NCBI GenBank assembly: GCA_038523235.1
Contig: JBCBJQ010000065.1
Location: 1 to 33,181, forward strand
Source of the DNA: Cyanobacteria bacterium J06626_4
Lineage (GTDB): Bacteria > Cyanobacteriota > Cyanobacteriia > Phormidesmidales > Phormidesmidaceae
DNA length: 33,181 bases
Direction: 5' to 3'
Part shown: piece after piece, positions 1 through 9,607 of the stretch
Layout of the letters: each line of letters opens with the position of its first letter
Position numbering within the stretch: position 1 is the stretch's first letter
Position numbers and translations under genes: made by a program
Notes under the pieces: generated by a model
Database searches by the model: none
The model's input: the letters and a program-made list of their open reading frames with translations, nothing else
What the model was told of the DNA's origin: nothing

Positions 1-327
1 TGTACCGATTGGCAAACGCGATTACATGATGCATTTAGTCCCATTGCTCAAGCAAGCATGACACCGCACGGTTCTCATGCCGCACAAGACAAGCGCTATC
101 GGCTCCCAATGCTTGAAAACAACACAAAAAATCTACCCCCGCTTGCCCTCAAGACATCAGCGTTTTCACGATGGCATCGGGAATTCGATCACCTAACAGG
201 GGAATGACAATCCGGGCAAATCGATTGGCTGGCCTACATAGCAGAGGGTAGAAAGGTGCCGGGTTCAAGGTGCAGGGAAGGGCCTTGTCACCAGCGATCC
301 GGCGATTAAAAGTGTCCCGCGACCGCC

Positions 328-370
328 ATGCCAGTTCTGCAAAATAGCGCTACAGATCGGCGATCCCCCA
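328..370 (+). repeat. Isolated terminus of the MITE-like element family (matches 27057-27099 inverted)
   Basis: atgccagttctgcaaaatagcgctacagatcggcgatccccca matches the reverse complement of 27057-27099 at 38/43 positions, with a 25-bp identical core. Confidence 0.8.
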
Positions 371-419
371 CGGATCAAACTCTATAACGTGCATGCGATC
401 AAACTTCCTAGCTCCAGCC

Positions 420-460
420 AAAATGAAGGGCCGCAGCGGTAACTAAACCCTACGACCCTT
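420..460 (-). terminator. Probable intrinsic terminator of the DUF3318 gene
   Basis: Minus strand aagggtcgtag-gg/cc-g-ctgcggccctt stem followed by catttt, about 35 nt after the stop codon. Confidence 0.55.
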
Positions 461-495
461 GGCAGGCAGTCATGATGATGGCATGTGAGTCTGAA

Positions 496-1152
496 TTAAT
501 AAGCGGGACGAGTATCTGGCCCAGTGGAAGCCCGAGCGCGTTCCTTAGCTTTGGTCGCACTCTTCTTGAGAGCATCTAAACGTTTGATGTATTGGTCGCG
601 CTTACGCTTTTTGGGCGTCTGTTCGATCAGCGTCTTCAAGGCGCTGCCCAGGCTCTTGTAAGCGTTGGGCAAGGTATAGCCAAATCGCGTCGCGATCGCG
701 ATCGCCCGCTCATCGGCCTCAATAGACTCTTCTAAAGCTTTGATAGGGTTATTGCGCTTATACAGCCGCCATCCTGAGAAGCTGCAGAGCGCCAACGCCA
801 ACATCAGCAACAGTCCGTCTTGTACCCAAAGTTCACCAATCGCGCCCCCCAGACCGATGGCCAGGGCCGCCATTTCCCAACCGTCACGGGGAATGGTGTC
901 ATTTTGAATGCGACCTACCTCGTGCCAAAAAAGCAGATTACGCTGGTCGAGCGCTAACCCTTCCCACTTCGCTAAATCGATCTGGATTTCGACCTGATCT
1001 TTCCCCAGTTCTTCACTGGTGACGAGGGGCGGGGAGACGTCGGTGGCCGCTTCGACCGTCACCCAACTCTGAAGTTCTGGCGGTAGTAAACTGCGAAGGC
1101 GGCGTAGCTCTCCCATATCGGCTCTGGCAGTGGATGTTGCGTAGGACGTCAT
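496..1152 (-). CDS. DUF3318 domain membrane protein
   Basis: ELRRLRSLLPPELQSWV, LLFWHEVGRIQNDTIPRDGWEMAALAIGLGG and FGYTLPNAYKSLGSAL are typical of cyanobacterial DUF3318; ATG at 1152 preferred over GTG at 1158. Confidence 0.85.
   Translation of the reverse strand: MTSYATSTARADMGELRRLRSLLPPELQSWVTVEAATDVSPPLVTSEELGKDQVEIQIDLAKWEGLALDQRNLLFWHEVGRIQNDTIPRDGWEMAALAIGLGGAIGELWVQDGLLLMLALALCSFSGWRLYKRNNPIKALEESIEADERAIAIATRFGYTLPNAYKSLGSALKTLIEQTPKKRKRDQYIKRLDALKKSATKAKERARASTGPDTRPAY
692..705. repeat. HIP1 (GCGATCGC) overlapping tandem; representative of more than 30 copies in the window
   Basis: GCGATCGCGATCGC here; further copies near 1371, 1583, 6000, 11157, 13510, 17702, 27448, 29422 and elsewhere. 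Confidence 0.95.
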
Positions 1153-1270
1153 GAACACTCAAATGACACTCAAGTTACCTCAGAGTTTACATGACCAAAC
1201 CGATCATGCCGAGGCAAGGTTACCGATCATGGTAGCCAAAAAATCGGTCGCTCACCGGGTCGACGTTAAC

Positions 1271-2365
1271 TTATGTGAGAATCGGTTGCCCATCGGCAGG
1301 CGGCGGGGTGGCTTGCCCAGGGATGGCGAGCAGCCAGAGGCCAGCGGTTTCGCCCTGTGATTCGAGGTCAGCGATCGCGCCCTGCAGATAATGTTCACCC
1401 TGTTCAACCGACTCAATGCGACAGAGTGCTTCGCGTAAAGTGGCGGCGCCTGCAAAGCCTTTGACATACCAAGTCATGTGTTTGCGGGCTTGGCAAATAC
1501 CGCGATAGCCTTTGTAATCAGCAATCAGCCGCAAGTGCTCTTGAGCACACAGCAACCGGTCAATGGCGGTGGGAGCGGGCAGGCGATCGCCCGTTTTGAG
1601 ATAGTAATCAATCTCGCCCACCAAAAACGGATAGCCGAGCGTGCCCCGAGAGCACATCACCCCATCGGCTTGCGTTTGCTCAAGACACCGCACCGCCGCT
1701 TCGACAGAGTCAATATCGCCGTTCGCAATCACCGGAATCGACAACGCGGCCTTAACTCGGCTAATCCAATCCCAGCGAGCCGGGCCGTTATAACCCTGGG
1801 CACGGGTACGACCATGCAGCGTCAGCATTTGAATCCCGGTATCTTCCAAACGACGAGCAAAATCGACCGCATTGATCTGATCGTCATCCCAGCCAATACG
1901 CGTTTTAACTGAAACGGGAACGCTCACGGCCTCGACTAACGTGCGGGCCAGCAACACGGCCATATCAGGATCCTTAAGCAAAGACGAGCCGCCCCCTTTA
2001 CGGGTGATTTTGTTAACCGGGCACCCCATATTGATATCAATGGTGTCAGCCCCCTCAGCGACAGCACGCTGGGCCGCATCGGCCAAAAAGTCGGGACGAC
2101 AATCGAAGAGCTGAATGCTGATGGGATGCTCGTCGGGGTCAACCTCCATAATTTGAGGCAGTGTATCCACATGACAGACTCCCGCTGCGTGCACCATTTC
2201 GGTATACATCATTGAGGTGGGGGCATAGCGTCGCACCAACCGCCGAAAGACCTTATCAGTCACCCCAGAGAGCGGCGACTGCAATACGCGACTATTGACC
2301 ACCACCGGGCCAATCTTTAAAGGCGTGGATAGTTTTTGACGGAGCGCCGCGGAAAGCCGAACCAT
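1271..2365 (-). CDS. dusB: tRNA-dihydrouridine synthase DusB
   Basis: QSPLSGVTD, DINMGCP (catalytic Cys), VSVKTRIGWD, TLHGRTRAQGY, VIANGDI. Confidence 0.93.
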   Translation of the reverse strand: MVRLSAALRQKLSTPLKIGPVVVNSRVLQSPLSGVTDKVFRRLVRRYAPTSMMYTEMVHAAGVCHVDTLPQIMEVDPDEHPISIQLFDCRPDFLADAAQRAVAEGADTIDINMGCPVNKITRKGGGSSLLKDPDMAVLLARTLVEAVSVPVSVKTRIGWDDDQINAVDFARRLEDTGIQMLTLHGRTRAQGYNGPARWDWISRVKAALSIPVIANGDIDSVEAAVRCLEQTQADGVMCSRGTLGYPFLVGEIDYYLKTGDRLPAPTAIDRLLCAQEHLRLIADYKGYRGICQARKHMTWYVKGFAGAATLREALCRIESVEQGEHYLQGAIADLESQGETAGLWLLAIPGQATPPPADGQPILT

Positions 2366-2407
2366 AACCGGAGTGCAAACAGAGTCTTACCAGTATGACA
2401 GAGGTCA

Positions 2408-4018
2408 TCAGCGATGTTTGCGGCCCGTCAGCCAATAGCTATCCATTTGGCCTCGGCCTTTCACAAACACGCCGCCCCCGCGAGCTTCAAAGTGGTAGCG
2501 GTGCTGTAAGCGCTCGTAAACCTCGGGCGTCACTTGAATCCGTTCAGCCGCCCCCGTCGTTTCCATGCGACTAGCCAAATTCACCGTGTCGCCCCACAGG
2601 TCATAGGCAAACTTGCGCATGCCAATCACGCCTGCAATCACAGGCCCCGTGCTGATGCCAATTCTGAGCTGAAAGGGCGTGCCATCCGGGCGCGTGAAAT
2701 CGGCGATCGCCTTTTGCATGTCCAGCGCCATGTGGGCGACGACATCAATATGATCAGGGCGGGGTAAGGGCAATCCGGCTGCCGCCATGTAGGCATCACC
2801 GATGGTTTTGATCTTTTCTAAGCCGTGTTGTTCAGCCAAGCGATCGAAGGTCGAAAAGACCTGATTCAGGAGGTCGACCAGTTCTTTCGGTTCCATCGCG
2901 TTTGACGCCGCCGTAAATTGCACCAAATCGGCGAACAAAACTGTGACCTCATCAAAACTTTCGGCGATGTTGCGGGGGCCAGTTTTTAAGCGTTGGGCAA
3001 TCTGATAGGGCAGAATATTCACCAAGAGGCGATCGGCTTGTTTCCGCTGCTGTCGCAGCTCCATCTCCATGCTGCGCCGCTCGGTGATATCGTGCACGAT
3101 GCCTTCGTAATAGGAAAACTGATCGTTCTCGTCATACACCTTGCGAATCGTCTCGCTAATCCAGATTTTGCTGCCGTCTTTCCGAAAGATTTCTGACTCT
3201 GCCCCGACAATTTTCTCAAACTGCTCCAGATAAACCACCAGCTCATCCCGTCGTTTAGGCTGCACATACAGTGAAGCACCAATATCGGGGAGATTTTCGA
3301 CCAAGTCTTCTGGCGAATCATAGCCATAGATCTGCGCCAGAGCCGGATTCACGCTGATATACGTGCCCGCAATGCTGCTTTGAAAAATGCCTTCGGTGGC
3401 ATTCTCAAAAATTCGGCGATATTTATCTTCGGTCTGTCGCAAAGCATCTTCCGTTTGCTTGCGCTCGCGAACTTCCTCTAGCAACAGTTGATTTTGTTGG
3501 CTCAACTGTTGGCGACGCTGATAGCCACTCAACCGCGCCTGCACTCGAGCCACCACTTCAGGCATCGCAAAGGGGACTCCAATATAGTCATCGGCCCCGG
3601 CCGCAAAGGCCGTGGCGACCTGTTGGGGGTCGCGATCGCCCAACACAATAACCGGAATATCACGGCTGCTGCGAGCCTGCTTGAGGGTGTGGCAAAACTC
3701 ATAGCCGCTATCGCTAAACAGCTGTGCCTCTAGCAACACCAGTTTGACCTGATGAGACGGGAGAAACGACGGTTGAATATCGGTATGGGTGATCGCTTCA
3801 ACCTGGTAATTAAAGTGCTCAAGGGATTCGGTTAAGTGCTGCACAGTATCGGAGGCATGATGAATCAAGAGAAGGGTCTGATCACCTGCTCGATTAGCAT
3901 TCACATGAGTGTTTAGTGGCTCTGCCTGATTGCTCAAAACCCACGTTTCCTTCATCGCGCTTAGGGAGAGGTTATCTGCCCGCCGGCCAACATTGTTTTT
4001 CCAAACAAGATTTCTCAT
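2408..4018 (-). CDS. Class III adenylate cyclase with N-terminal degenerate receiver, coiled coil and PAS domain
   Basis: FADLVQFT, EKIKTIGDAYM and YDLWGDTVNLASRME (Lys/Asp ATP-specificity residues); PAS segment IFENATEGIFQ...HDITERR; REC-like fold near the N-terminus; true start may be downstream. Confidence 0.9.
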   Translation of the reverse strand: MRNLVWKNNVGRRADNLSLSAMKETWVLSNQAEPLNTHVNANRAGDQTLLLIHHASDTVQHLTESLEHFNYQVEAITHTDIQPSFLPSHQVKLVLLEAQLFSDSGYEFCHTLKQARSSRDIPVIVLGDRDPQQVATAFAAGADDYIGVPFAMPEVVARVQARLSGYQRRQQLSQQNQLLLEEVRERKQTEDALRQTEDKYRRIFENATEGIFQSSIAGTYISVNPALAQIYGYDSPEDLVENLPDIGASLYVQPKRRDELVVYLEQFEKIVGAESEIFRKDGSKIWISETIRKVYDENDQFSYYEGIVHDITERRSMEMELRQQRKQADRLLVNILPYQIAQRLKTGPRNIAESFDEVTVLFADLVQFTAASNAMEPKELVDLLNQVFSTFDRLAEQHGLEKIKTIGDAYMAAAGLPLPRPDHIDVVAHMALDMQKAIADFTRPDGTPFQLRIGISTGPVIAGVIGMRKFAYDLWGDTVNLASRMETTGAAERIQVTPEVYERLQHRYHFEARGGGVFVKGRGQMDSYWLTGRKHR

Positions 4019-4348
4019 CTATTTTGCCTTGAGCACTGCCTTGTCAGAGCAGATAGTGGCATCCTGCGCATCCCTCAATTTATAGAGACCCACATATTTG
4101 TCAAGAGCTTATCAACAATAAGGCATACAGGCCCTGAAATCAGCCTTCAGGATATCGGAGGGCGAGTTTTGTCTGCATCCGGCGGTACCCAAACCGCTAG
4201 CCACTGCGCCAGCGCAGCAAGTATCCTCTGAGCGCGTGATCAGGTGGAGCTGAAAACCCGACCAAGCAGCCTTTTAATATCTTTTCAGAAACTTGTTAAG
4301 GCGTAAGATACACTTACATTAGTCGGTTTATTTAAAAATCTGCGAATC

Positions 4349-4468
4349 ATGACACCTTCTTTGACCAACTTTCTGTTGAGCCTCTTGGCCGGCACCATCA
4401 TCGTGGTGGTTCCAGCGACCATATTTTTGGTGTTCATCAGTCAAAGAGACAAAATTCAGCGCCAGTGA
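4349..4468 (+). CDS. psbX: Photosystem II reaction centre protein X (not in ORF track)
   Basis: Translates to [39 protein letters not shown] (39 aa), the PsbX signature; lies upstream of ycf66 as is common in cyanobacteria. Confidence 0.95.
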   Translation: MTPSLTNFLLSLLAGTIIVVVPATIFLVFISQRDKIQRQ

Positions 4469-4500
4469 TTTGTCTCCAGTTCAGATGATCAACTTTACAG

Positions 4501-4535
4501 AAGGAGAAGCTCAGTTATTGGGGTTTCTCCTTTTT
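4501..4535 (+). terminator. Intrinsic terminator after psbX
   Basis: aaggagaagctc/gggtttctcctt stem followed by a T run. Confidence 0.75.
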
Positions 4536-4939
4536 ATATGGTGTGGGCAGCCCATCTCACAGGGCCAGCCAGACGGTGAGCAGCCAGTAATTAGGGGTAG
4601 CGTTTAGCTCGATTGAACATGTTGATAGAAGGCTGCCAGCCCACGCGAAGTCCCGATTTCATCGGCAGCGCTCATCGCCCCCAAATCATCTCTCCGCTTT
4701 TGCAGGGGGTCGTAACTCATGTTCTCACAACCGAGAAATCCTTTGAAAGCCCGGAAAAGTCCGTTAGCATGTGACCATGCCATCAATCTGCTGTCAGTCG
4801 AGCAACGCTGTGAGTGGTCGGTTGGGAGCCAGAGCGAGTCTGGTCACCGTCAACTTAACGCCGCTGTTTAGCAGGCGCCAGCCATGATGAGCCAAGCCAT
4901 ATCGCCTTCGTTGAGTCTCTATTCTGAGAGGAATTTCCT

Positions 4940-5797
4940 GTGAATTTCGGTACGCCAGTTCCACTCCTAATTGGTATTGTTTTGATCCTCGGAGGGGTTG
5001 CACTGTTCTTTTTAGATAAACTCAAGCCAGGCTACGGGCGCGATTCGGATAAAGTCTATGCTGTGCTGTGGTTGATTTCGGGCGTCTTTTTGCTCGGCCA
5101 CTTAAATATGGAACTGCTCGCGTCTTTTCAGCAGTTATTGATGGCTGGCATGCTCATTGCCATCACCATTGAGAATATCTATTCGCGATCGCCCAAAGGC
5201 GGCTACGTTGCTCAAGCCGTTAACGAGGCGCCCGCTCGGGGAGAGTATTATCGCCCCAGCCGAAAACCAGAATATCGTAGCGATCGAGAGCGCATGAACG
5301 TGCGGGCCGAAATTGATAATGACGGGCCTTACCGACCCCGTTTCCCTGAAGATCGGCGCATGATTGGGGGCCGCGAAGAGCCGACGCCACGTCGCTCAGA
5401 CTATTACGATGGCGGCTATAGCGACCCTTACAGCGATGCCCGAGGGCAATATACTGACCGCTCCGCCCCGAGCTCTGATCGCCCGGTTGAGCGATTGAAG
5501 CCCAGCAGCGATCGCATTCGCCGTCGCCGCCCTAAATCTACCGATAGCCGCTACGGCACTGAGTCACCCAGCCGTGGGTGGGATGAGTCCGCCTCAGGCT
5601 ACGCGGCTAATTCTGATAGCTATTCAGATTCATCGGACGCCTACAGCGGCTATAGCAGCCATTCCCCCACTGAGCCGACTTCGTATCCCAGCTCTAACGG
5701 CAATGGTGATGACAGTTATGTTGACTATCGCCCCGTCAACTATCCGAATAATGGTGAGTCTGACCGACCGGCTCCAGATTATGGTAGCCGTTACTAA
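4940..5797 (+). CDS. ycf66: Ycf66 family protein
   Basis: N-terminal MNFGTPVPLLIGIVLILGGVALFFL...KPGYGRDSD membrane domain with a long R/D/S/Y-rich disordered tail; adjacent to psbX. Confidence 0.85.
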   Translation: MNFGTPVPLLIGIVLILGGVALFFLDKLKPGYGRDSDKVYAVLWLISGVFLLGHLNMELLASFQQLLMAGMLIAITIENIYSRSPKGGYVAQAVNEAPARGEYYRPSRKPEYRSDRERMNVRAEIDNDGPYRPRFPEDRRMIGGREEPTPRRSDYYDGGYSDPYSDARGQYTDRSAPSSDRPVERLKPSSDRIRRRRPKSTDSRYGTESPSRGWDESASGYAANSDSYSDSSDAYSGYSSHSPTEPTSYPSSNGNGDDSYVDYRPVNYPNNGESDRPAPDYGSRY

Positions 5798-5855
5798 CGG
5801 GCGATTCGCTTAGAGGTGGCAGCAGCGCCATCAAAAATCACTAACTCTGACCGCT

Positions 5856-6518
5856 CTACAGACCCATCGAACGGTCAATTTCTGCCTGGCGCTCACAGGT
5901 AAATCCTTGTTGTTGCCATTGAGTCATATCTACTGAAGCTAAAGGAAAAACGGTTGAGCAAGTCGGTTGGTAAACCTGGCTGACGAAAACCCAAATCAGC
6001 GATCGCCCCACATCCAACAGCGTTTTGACGGGATTTTCAGTGTTGCCAGGCACCCCCATTTCTTCAACTAGCTGCATATCAACCCAGATACCATGGCTAC
6101 CGAGTAAGAGCTTCGCCAGCCAGGCGGCTCTGGGTAAATGAGTAGGTGAAGTAATCACGGCCACATGGTGAACCTGCCATTGTTTTAACGTCGGTAGGCT
6201 ATAGCGATAATTGTCAAAGGTCGATTCCGCGCAGGTTTCGAGCCAAACATTATCAACTGGCGCGGCTGCACGCTCGAACACGATGCGAGTACAGGGCGGT
6301 TGGGCACCGTGGGAAATCAGCACGGGCAGCTCATTGCCCTGGGCAACCGATTCAGCCACCACAATTTCGCGGCGAATGCTGCCCCCCAAAACCAACATGG
6401 CATCGACCGATTGCCGGCTGTGACGATAGAGTTGGGTGGTGAGGCTGCTAGTCCACAGGGCCATGCCTAACAACAACAGCCAGACCCACACCCGAGGTCG
6501 CAAAAAAGCTCTCAGCAT
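5856..6518 (-). CDS. YdcF/DUF218 family protein
   Basis: N-terminal TM helix, LVLGG, ETCAESTFDN, ITSPTHLPRA motifs. Confidence 0.85.
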   Translation of the reverse strand: MLRAFLRPRVWVWLLLLGMALWTSSLTTQLYRHSRQSVDAMLVLGGSIRREIVVAESVAQGNELPVLISHGAQPPCTRIVFERAAAPVDNVWLETCAESTFDNYRYSLPTLKQWQVHHVAVITSPTHLPRAAWLAKLLLGSHGIWVDMQLVEEMGVPGNTENPVKTLLDVGRSLIWVFVSQVYQPTCSTVFPLASVDMTQWQQQGFTCERQAEIDRSMGL

Positions 6519-6678
6519 TGGCGCTCCGGTGTCGATAAGCAGTAAACGTCAGGGCGCACCCGGTACCCGCCAGACCTCTGCGTCGATTAGCAGCAGCCGG
6601 CGGACAAACCTCAATGACTCAATGGCGGTGTTTTTTTGAGACTGACCCCGCCCATCGCCCAGGGCTCATCCGTGTGAC

Positions 6679-6900
6679 CTATTCGAACTTTTCGAGCTGA
6701 TCGAGCCGCAGCCAAATGTTGGGGGTAGGCACTTTACCAAACATAACGAGGGCATAATCATCACGGGTTTCTAAAATTTCGCCTTGAGATTCAAACAGGT
6801 ACGGCGGAAACCGAGTATCGCTGGCCTTTGCCTCGACGCTATCTTCCAGCTTGTCGCGGACTGCCCGCACGAGATCACCACGTTTAAGGGTCGCTGCCAT
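6679..6900 (-). CDS. ndhO: NDH-1 subunit O
   Basis: [33 protein letters not shown]...[14 protein letters not shown]; ndhO-mutM-psaE gene order. Confidence 0.95.
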   Translation of the reverse strand: MAATLKRGDLVRAVRDKLEDSVEAKASDTRFPPYLFESQGEILETRDDYALVMFGKVPTPNIWLRLDQLEKFE

Positions 6901-6952
6901 GATGCGATCGCACCTTTGTTTTAGGGTCTAGATTATTGTAAACCGTCGCCTC

Positions 6953-7801
6953 TCACCGCTGACATTGGGGACAAAAGTGAGCCGAGCGCCCCGCCAGCTT
7001 GATGCGACGAATCGGGGTTTGGCACTGGCGACAGGGGGCGTTTTCGCGATCGTAAACGTTGGCCACGCCACCATAGTTGCCATTGATGCCGTGCACATTA
7101 CGAAAGTCACTAAAGGTCGTGCCCCCTTGGGCAATGCCTGCGGCGAGGGCATCGCGAATCGCCCCATGTAAGCGCGTAATCCGCTGACGGCCCAGGCGGG
7201 CACACAGCGTAGTCGGGCGAATGCGACTGAGAAATAGCGCCTCATCCGCATAAATATTGCCGATGCCCGCCACCAAAGCCTGATCTAGGAGCGCATTTTT
7301 GACGGGTCGCTGCCGTCCTCGAGTCGCCTGGTAGAGATAGTCGGGCGAAAAGCGATCGCTAAAAGGTTCTGGCCCCAAAGCCGCCAAGCCAGAAATCACA
7401 GACTCGATAGGAGACTCGGCGGGCACCCACCAGAGACGACCAAAGGTACGCTGATCAACAAATCGGAGTTCGTGATCATCTCCGAAGGAGAATCTGACGC
7501 GGCAATGTTTAGAAACTGGCTCTGCCGGCGACAACCACAACATCTGCCCCGTCATCCGCAGGTGGACGCCCAAATGCCCACCAGGCTGGCCGTCGGCAGT
7601 TTGTAAAGCGGCCAGCAAATATTTGCCACGACGAAACCAATGGGTTAGCTGCGTATTGGTCACGCCCTGCCAAAACGTCTCAACAGAATCGGGGTGGGCA
7701 ATGCTGCGCGGTAACAGCACCTGCCCACCCCGAATCGGATAGTTTAAGGTGACTTGATTGAGGCCACGACAAACTGTTTCAACTTCAGGAAGCTCCGGCA
7801 C
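6953..7801 (-). CDS. mutM: Formamidopyrimidine-DNA glycosylase (Fpg)
   Basis: MPELPEVET N-terminus, RRGKYL, HLRMTG, GIGNIYADE, C-terminal CxxC...CPQCQ zinc finger. Confidence 0.97.
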   Translation of the reverse strand: MPELPEVETVCRGLNQVTLNYPIRGGQVLLPRSIAHPDSVETFWQGVTNTQLTHWFRRGKYLLAALQTADGQPGGHLGVHLRMTGQMLWLSPAEPVSKHCRVRFSFGDDHELRFVDQRTFGRLWWVPAESPIESVISGLAALGPEPFSDRFSPDYLYQATRGRQRPVKNALLDQALVAGIGNIYADEALFLSRIRPTTLCARLGRQRITRLHGAIRDALAAGIAQGGTTFSDFRNVHGINGNYGGVANVYDRENAPCRQCQTPIRRIKLAGRSAHFCPQCQR

Positions 7802-7853
7802 AATATCAACAATCCAGTCAAAAATGACTTAACAACATTGCTAATATATCGCC

Positions 7854-7893
7854 GTGATCGCCCTTTTAGAAATGCTGATAAACGGGCGATCAC
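7854..7893 (-). terminator. Stem-loop between psaE and mutM (terminator or transcript stabiliser)
   Basis: Perfect 10-bp arms gtgatcgccc/gggcgatcac, extended by ttta/taaa; no clear U tract. Confidence 0.5.
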
Positions 7894-7929
7894 ATTCCAG
7901 GGTCAAAATCATCAGTCGTAAAAAACCGG

Positions 7930-8142
7930 CTACTTAGCTGCTTTTTTCTTAGGGGCTTCTACTTCTAAAAGCTCCTCAAGGGCAAAATTGTTGGTGTTGA
8001 CACCGGCATAGTTGACCTTGTCAAAACGAACCACAGCAGGATATCGAATACCACTTTGGTCGATAGTGGCAACCTTGCCAGTTTCTTGATACCAGTAAGA
8101 TTCTTTCCGTAGGATGCGGACCGTAGAACCACGCTGAACCAT
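7930..8142 (-). CDS. psaE: Photosystem I subunit IV
   Basis: [15 protein letters not shown]...[24 protein letters not shown]. Confidence 0.97.
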   Translation of the reverse strand: MVQRGSTVRILRKESYWYQETGKVATIDQSGIRYPAVVRFDKVNYAGVNTNNFALEELLEVEAPKKKAAK

Positions 8143-8436
8143 GAATAATGTCCTCTTGAAAACGAGTTTTATGGATAAAATGACTCGTTCATTAGCCTAC
8201 TACGGAACCCTTGGATTACCGCCCTGCTGGGTTTAAGTTTTGTTGCCAGGCCCAGGTTTCATGCCGGTTTGGCAATATTTCGAAACACTTTGCAGGATTG
8301 GCTGGACTGTTCACCGGGATCAAGCTTTGGCGGAACTTAAAAAGGGAGGTTGCCATCAGGCCAGTGGGTGATCGTGATCGCCCTTTGTTGGGTTAGACAG
8401 CTTTTTTGGCGTAGTTTCTCAACAAATAAGGTTGAT

Positions 8437-8603
8437 GATATAGCAAGCCGCAGTTTGATCAGGTCACTCTAGATGCCTGAAATCACCATCTGGTGAGGTT
8501 TTCAACTCCGCATTCCGTAGGGCCTTGCACTTCCCAAAAGGTATTCTGTATTCCGAATCTGCGATGTTGGCCAACGATTCGTGCACTGATCCAGAAATAG
8601 CTA
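8437..8603. mobile_element. Small non-coding dispersed element, copy A (MITE-like, with nested short insert)
   Basis: 8437-8562 aligns to 21694-21820 at about 103/127 positions; degenerate terminal inverted repeat tagc...gatcaggtcac / gtgcactgatc...gcta. Confidence 0.7.
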
Positions 8604-8771
8604 GCCCGGTCAGGATGCTCGAGAGAGATCAGACTCTATCTTGACGCGAGGTGATGTGCTTCAGTTACTTACGAATGTCACTTTTGAAAGGCTTTGGGCT
8701 TTGAGTTCTGAGTGTGGCACTTTGGGGTGCCGAAATGCTATCAAGAAGCATTCGGTTCAGTCGAGGACTTC

Positions 8772-9488
8772 TTACCAATTGACTTGTTGAGAAGCTTGTA
8801 TAAGTTTTGGGTGTACCCACCAAAAGCCCAAGATGAATAAAACGATACCGAGATAGGATGGGCGCAAGAATTCTTGCAGCTTGAGCTGTTGCTTCCCCTG
8901 AAATATAGCGATAAAAGGGATGACGGACGTTCTTGATTTAACCGTTTCAAACGCTTCCCCATAGCGTGTCTGCCAGCGCCGATCGCCATGCCACACCGCG
9001 AATAAGTGATGCGCAATCAGCCCAGCGGAGGTGACCACCATGAATGTGGTGCCGAGCCAAAGCGTATGGGCAATACACCAAATAACCTGACCAACCATTT
9101 GAGGATGACGAGTGATACGAATGATGCCTGTCTCGTAAAGATGTACCTGAGGCTTTTCGATCGCCGCAATTTCTAGCAGATTAAAGGTAGCTGGATAGAG
9201 GAACAGAAAAGATATGGCTGAAGCTATCCAAACCCCCTCAACCATGCCAGGGATGCCTTGAACATTCCAGAGTCTGAGGCCGTCGTAACGGTGGGCGATA
9301 AAGTAAATAATCAATCCACTGGCGAGGGGAATACTCACTAAGGCAAATAGGACTCGATAAGCGCGAGCGCCAATCACCTTTTCACCCCGAGGACGCAAAG
9401 CTGCGAGCCCACTGTGAGCAATGGCAAATAGGAGTAAGAGCGCCAGCATAATGCCATGACTAAGCGTCAACCAAGGCAAAGAGTTCAT
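8772..9488 (-). CDS. NnrU family membrane protein, probable 15-cis-zeta-carotene isomerase (Z-ISO)
   Basis: FAIAHSGLAALR, HRYDGLRLW, ETGIIRITRHPQMVGQ, HGDRR, RTSVIPF. Confidence 0.85.
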   Translation of the reverse strand: MNSLPWLTLSHGIMLALLLLFAIAHSGLAALRPRGEKVIGARAYRVLFALVSIPLASGLIIYFIAHRYDGLRLWNVQGIPGMVEGVWIASAISFLFLYPATFNLLEIAAIEKPQVHLYETGIIRITRHPQMVGQVIWCIAHTLWLGTTFMVVTSAGLIAHHLFAVWHGDRRWQTRYGEAFETVKSRTSVIPFIAIFQGKQQLKLQEFLRPSYLGIVLFILGFWWVHPKLIQASQQVNW

Positions 9489-9607
9489 AGAGATAAGCGG
9501 GTTTAAGCTGTAGAGAAGAGGATTTGTTCGAGCTAGAAAGTGCGAGAAGGTTCTGTGACAGCGGCTCGATCTAGTGTTAAGCCGTGGCCCAGTCTATATC
9601 GTAAAGT

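Noticed and set aside
1..30. Window start TGTACC as a Tn7/CAST-like end
   Set aside because: No repeated TnsB-site-like motifs follow
253..280. Degenerate heptamer run aaggtgc cgggttc aaggtgc
   Set aside because: Only about three imperfect units; too short to call confidently
4303..4317. GTAAG-N5-CTTAC palindrome upstream of psbX as an NtcA box
   Set aside because: Spacing is GTA-N9-TAC, not N8
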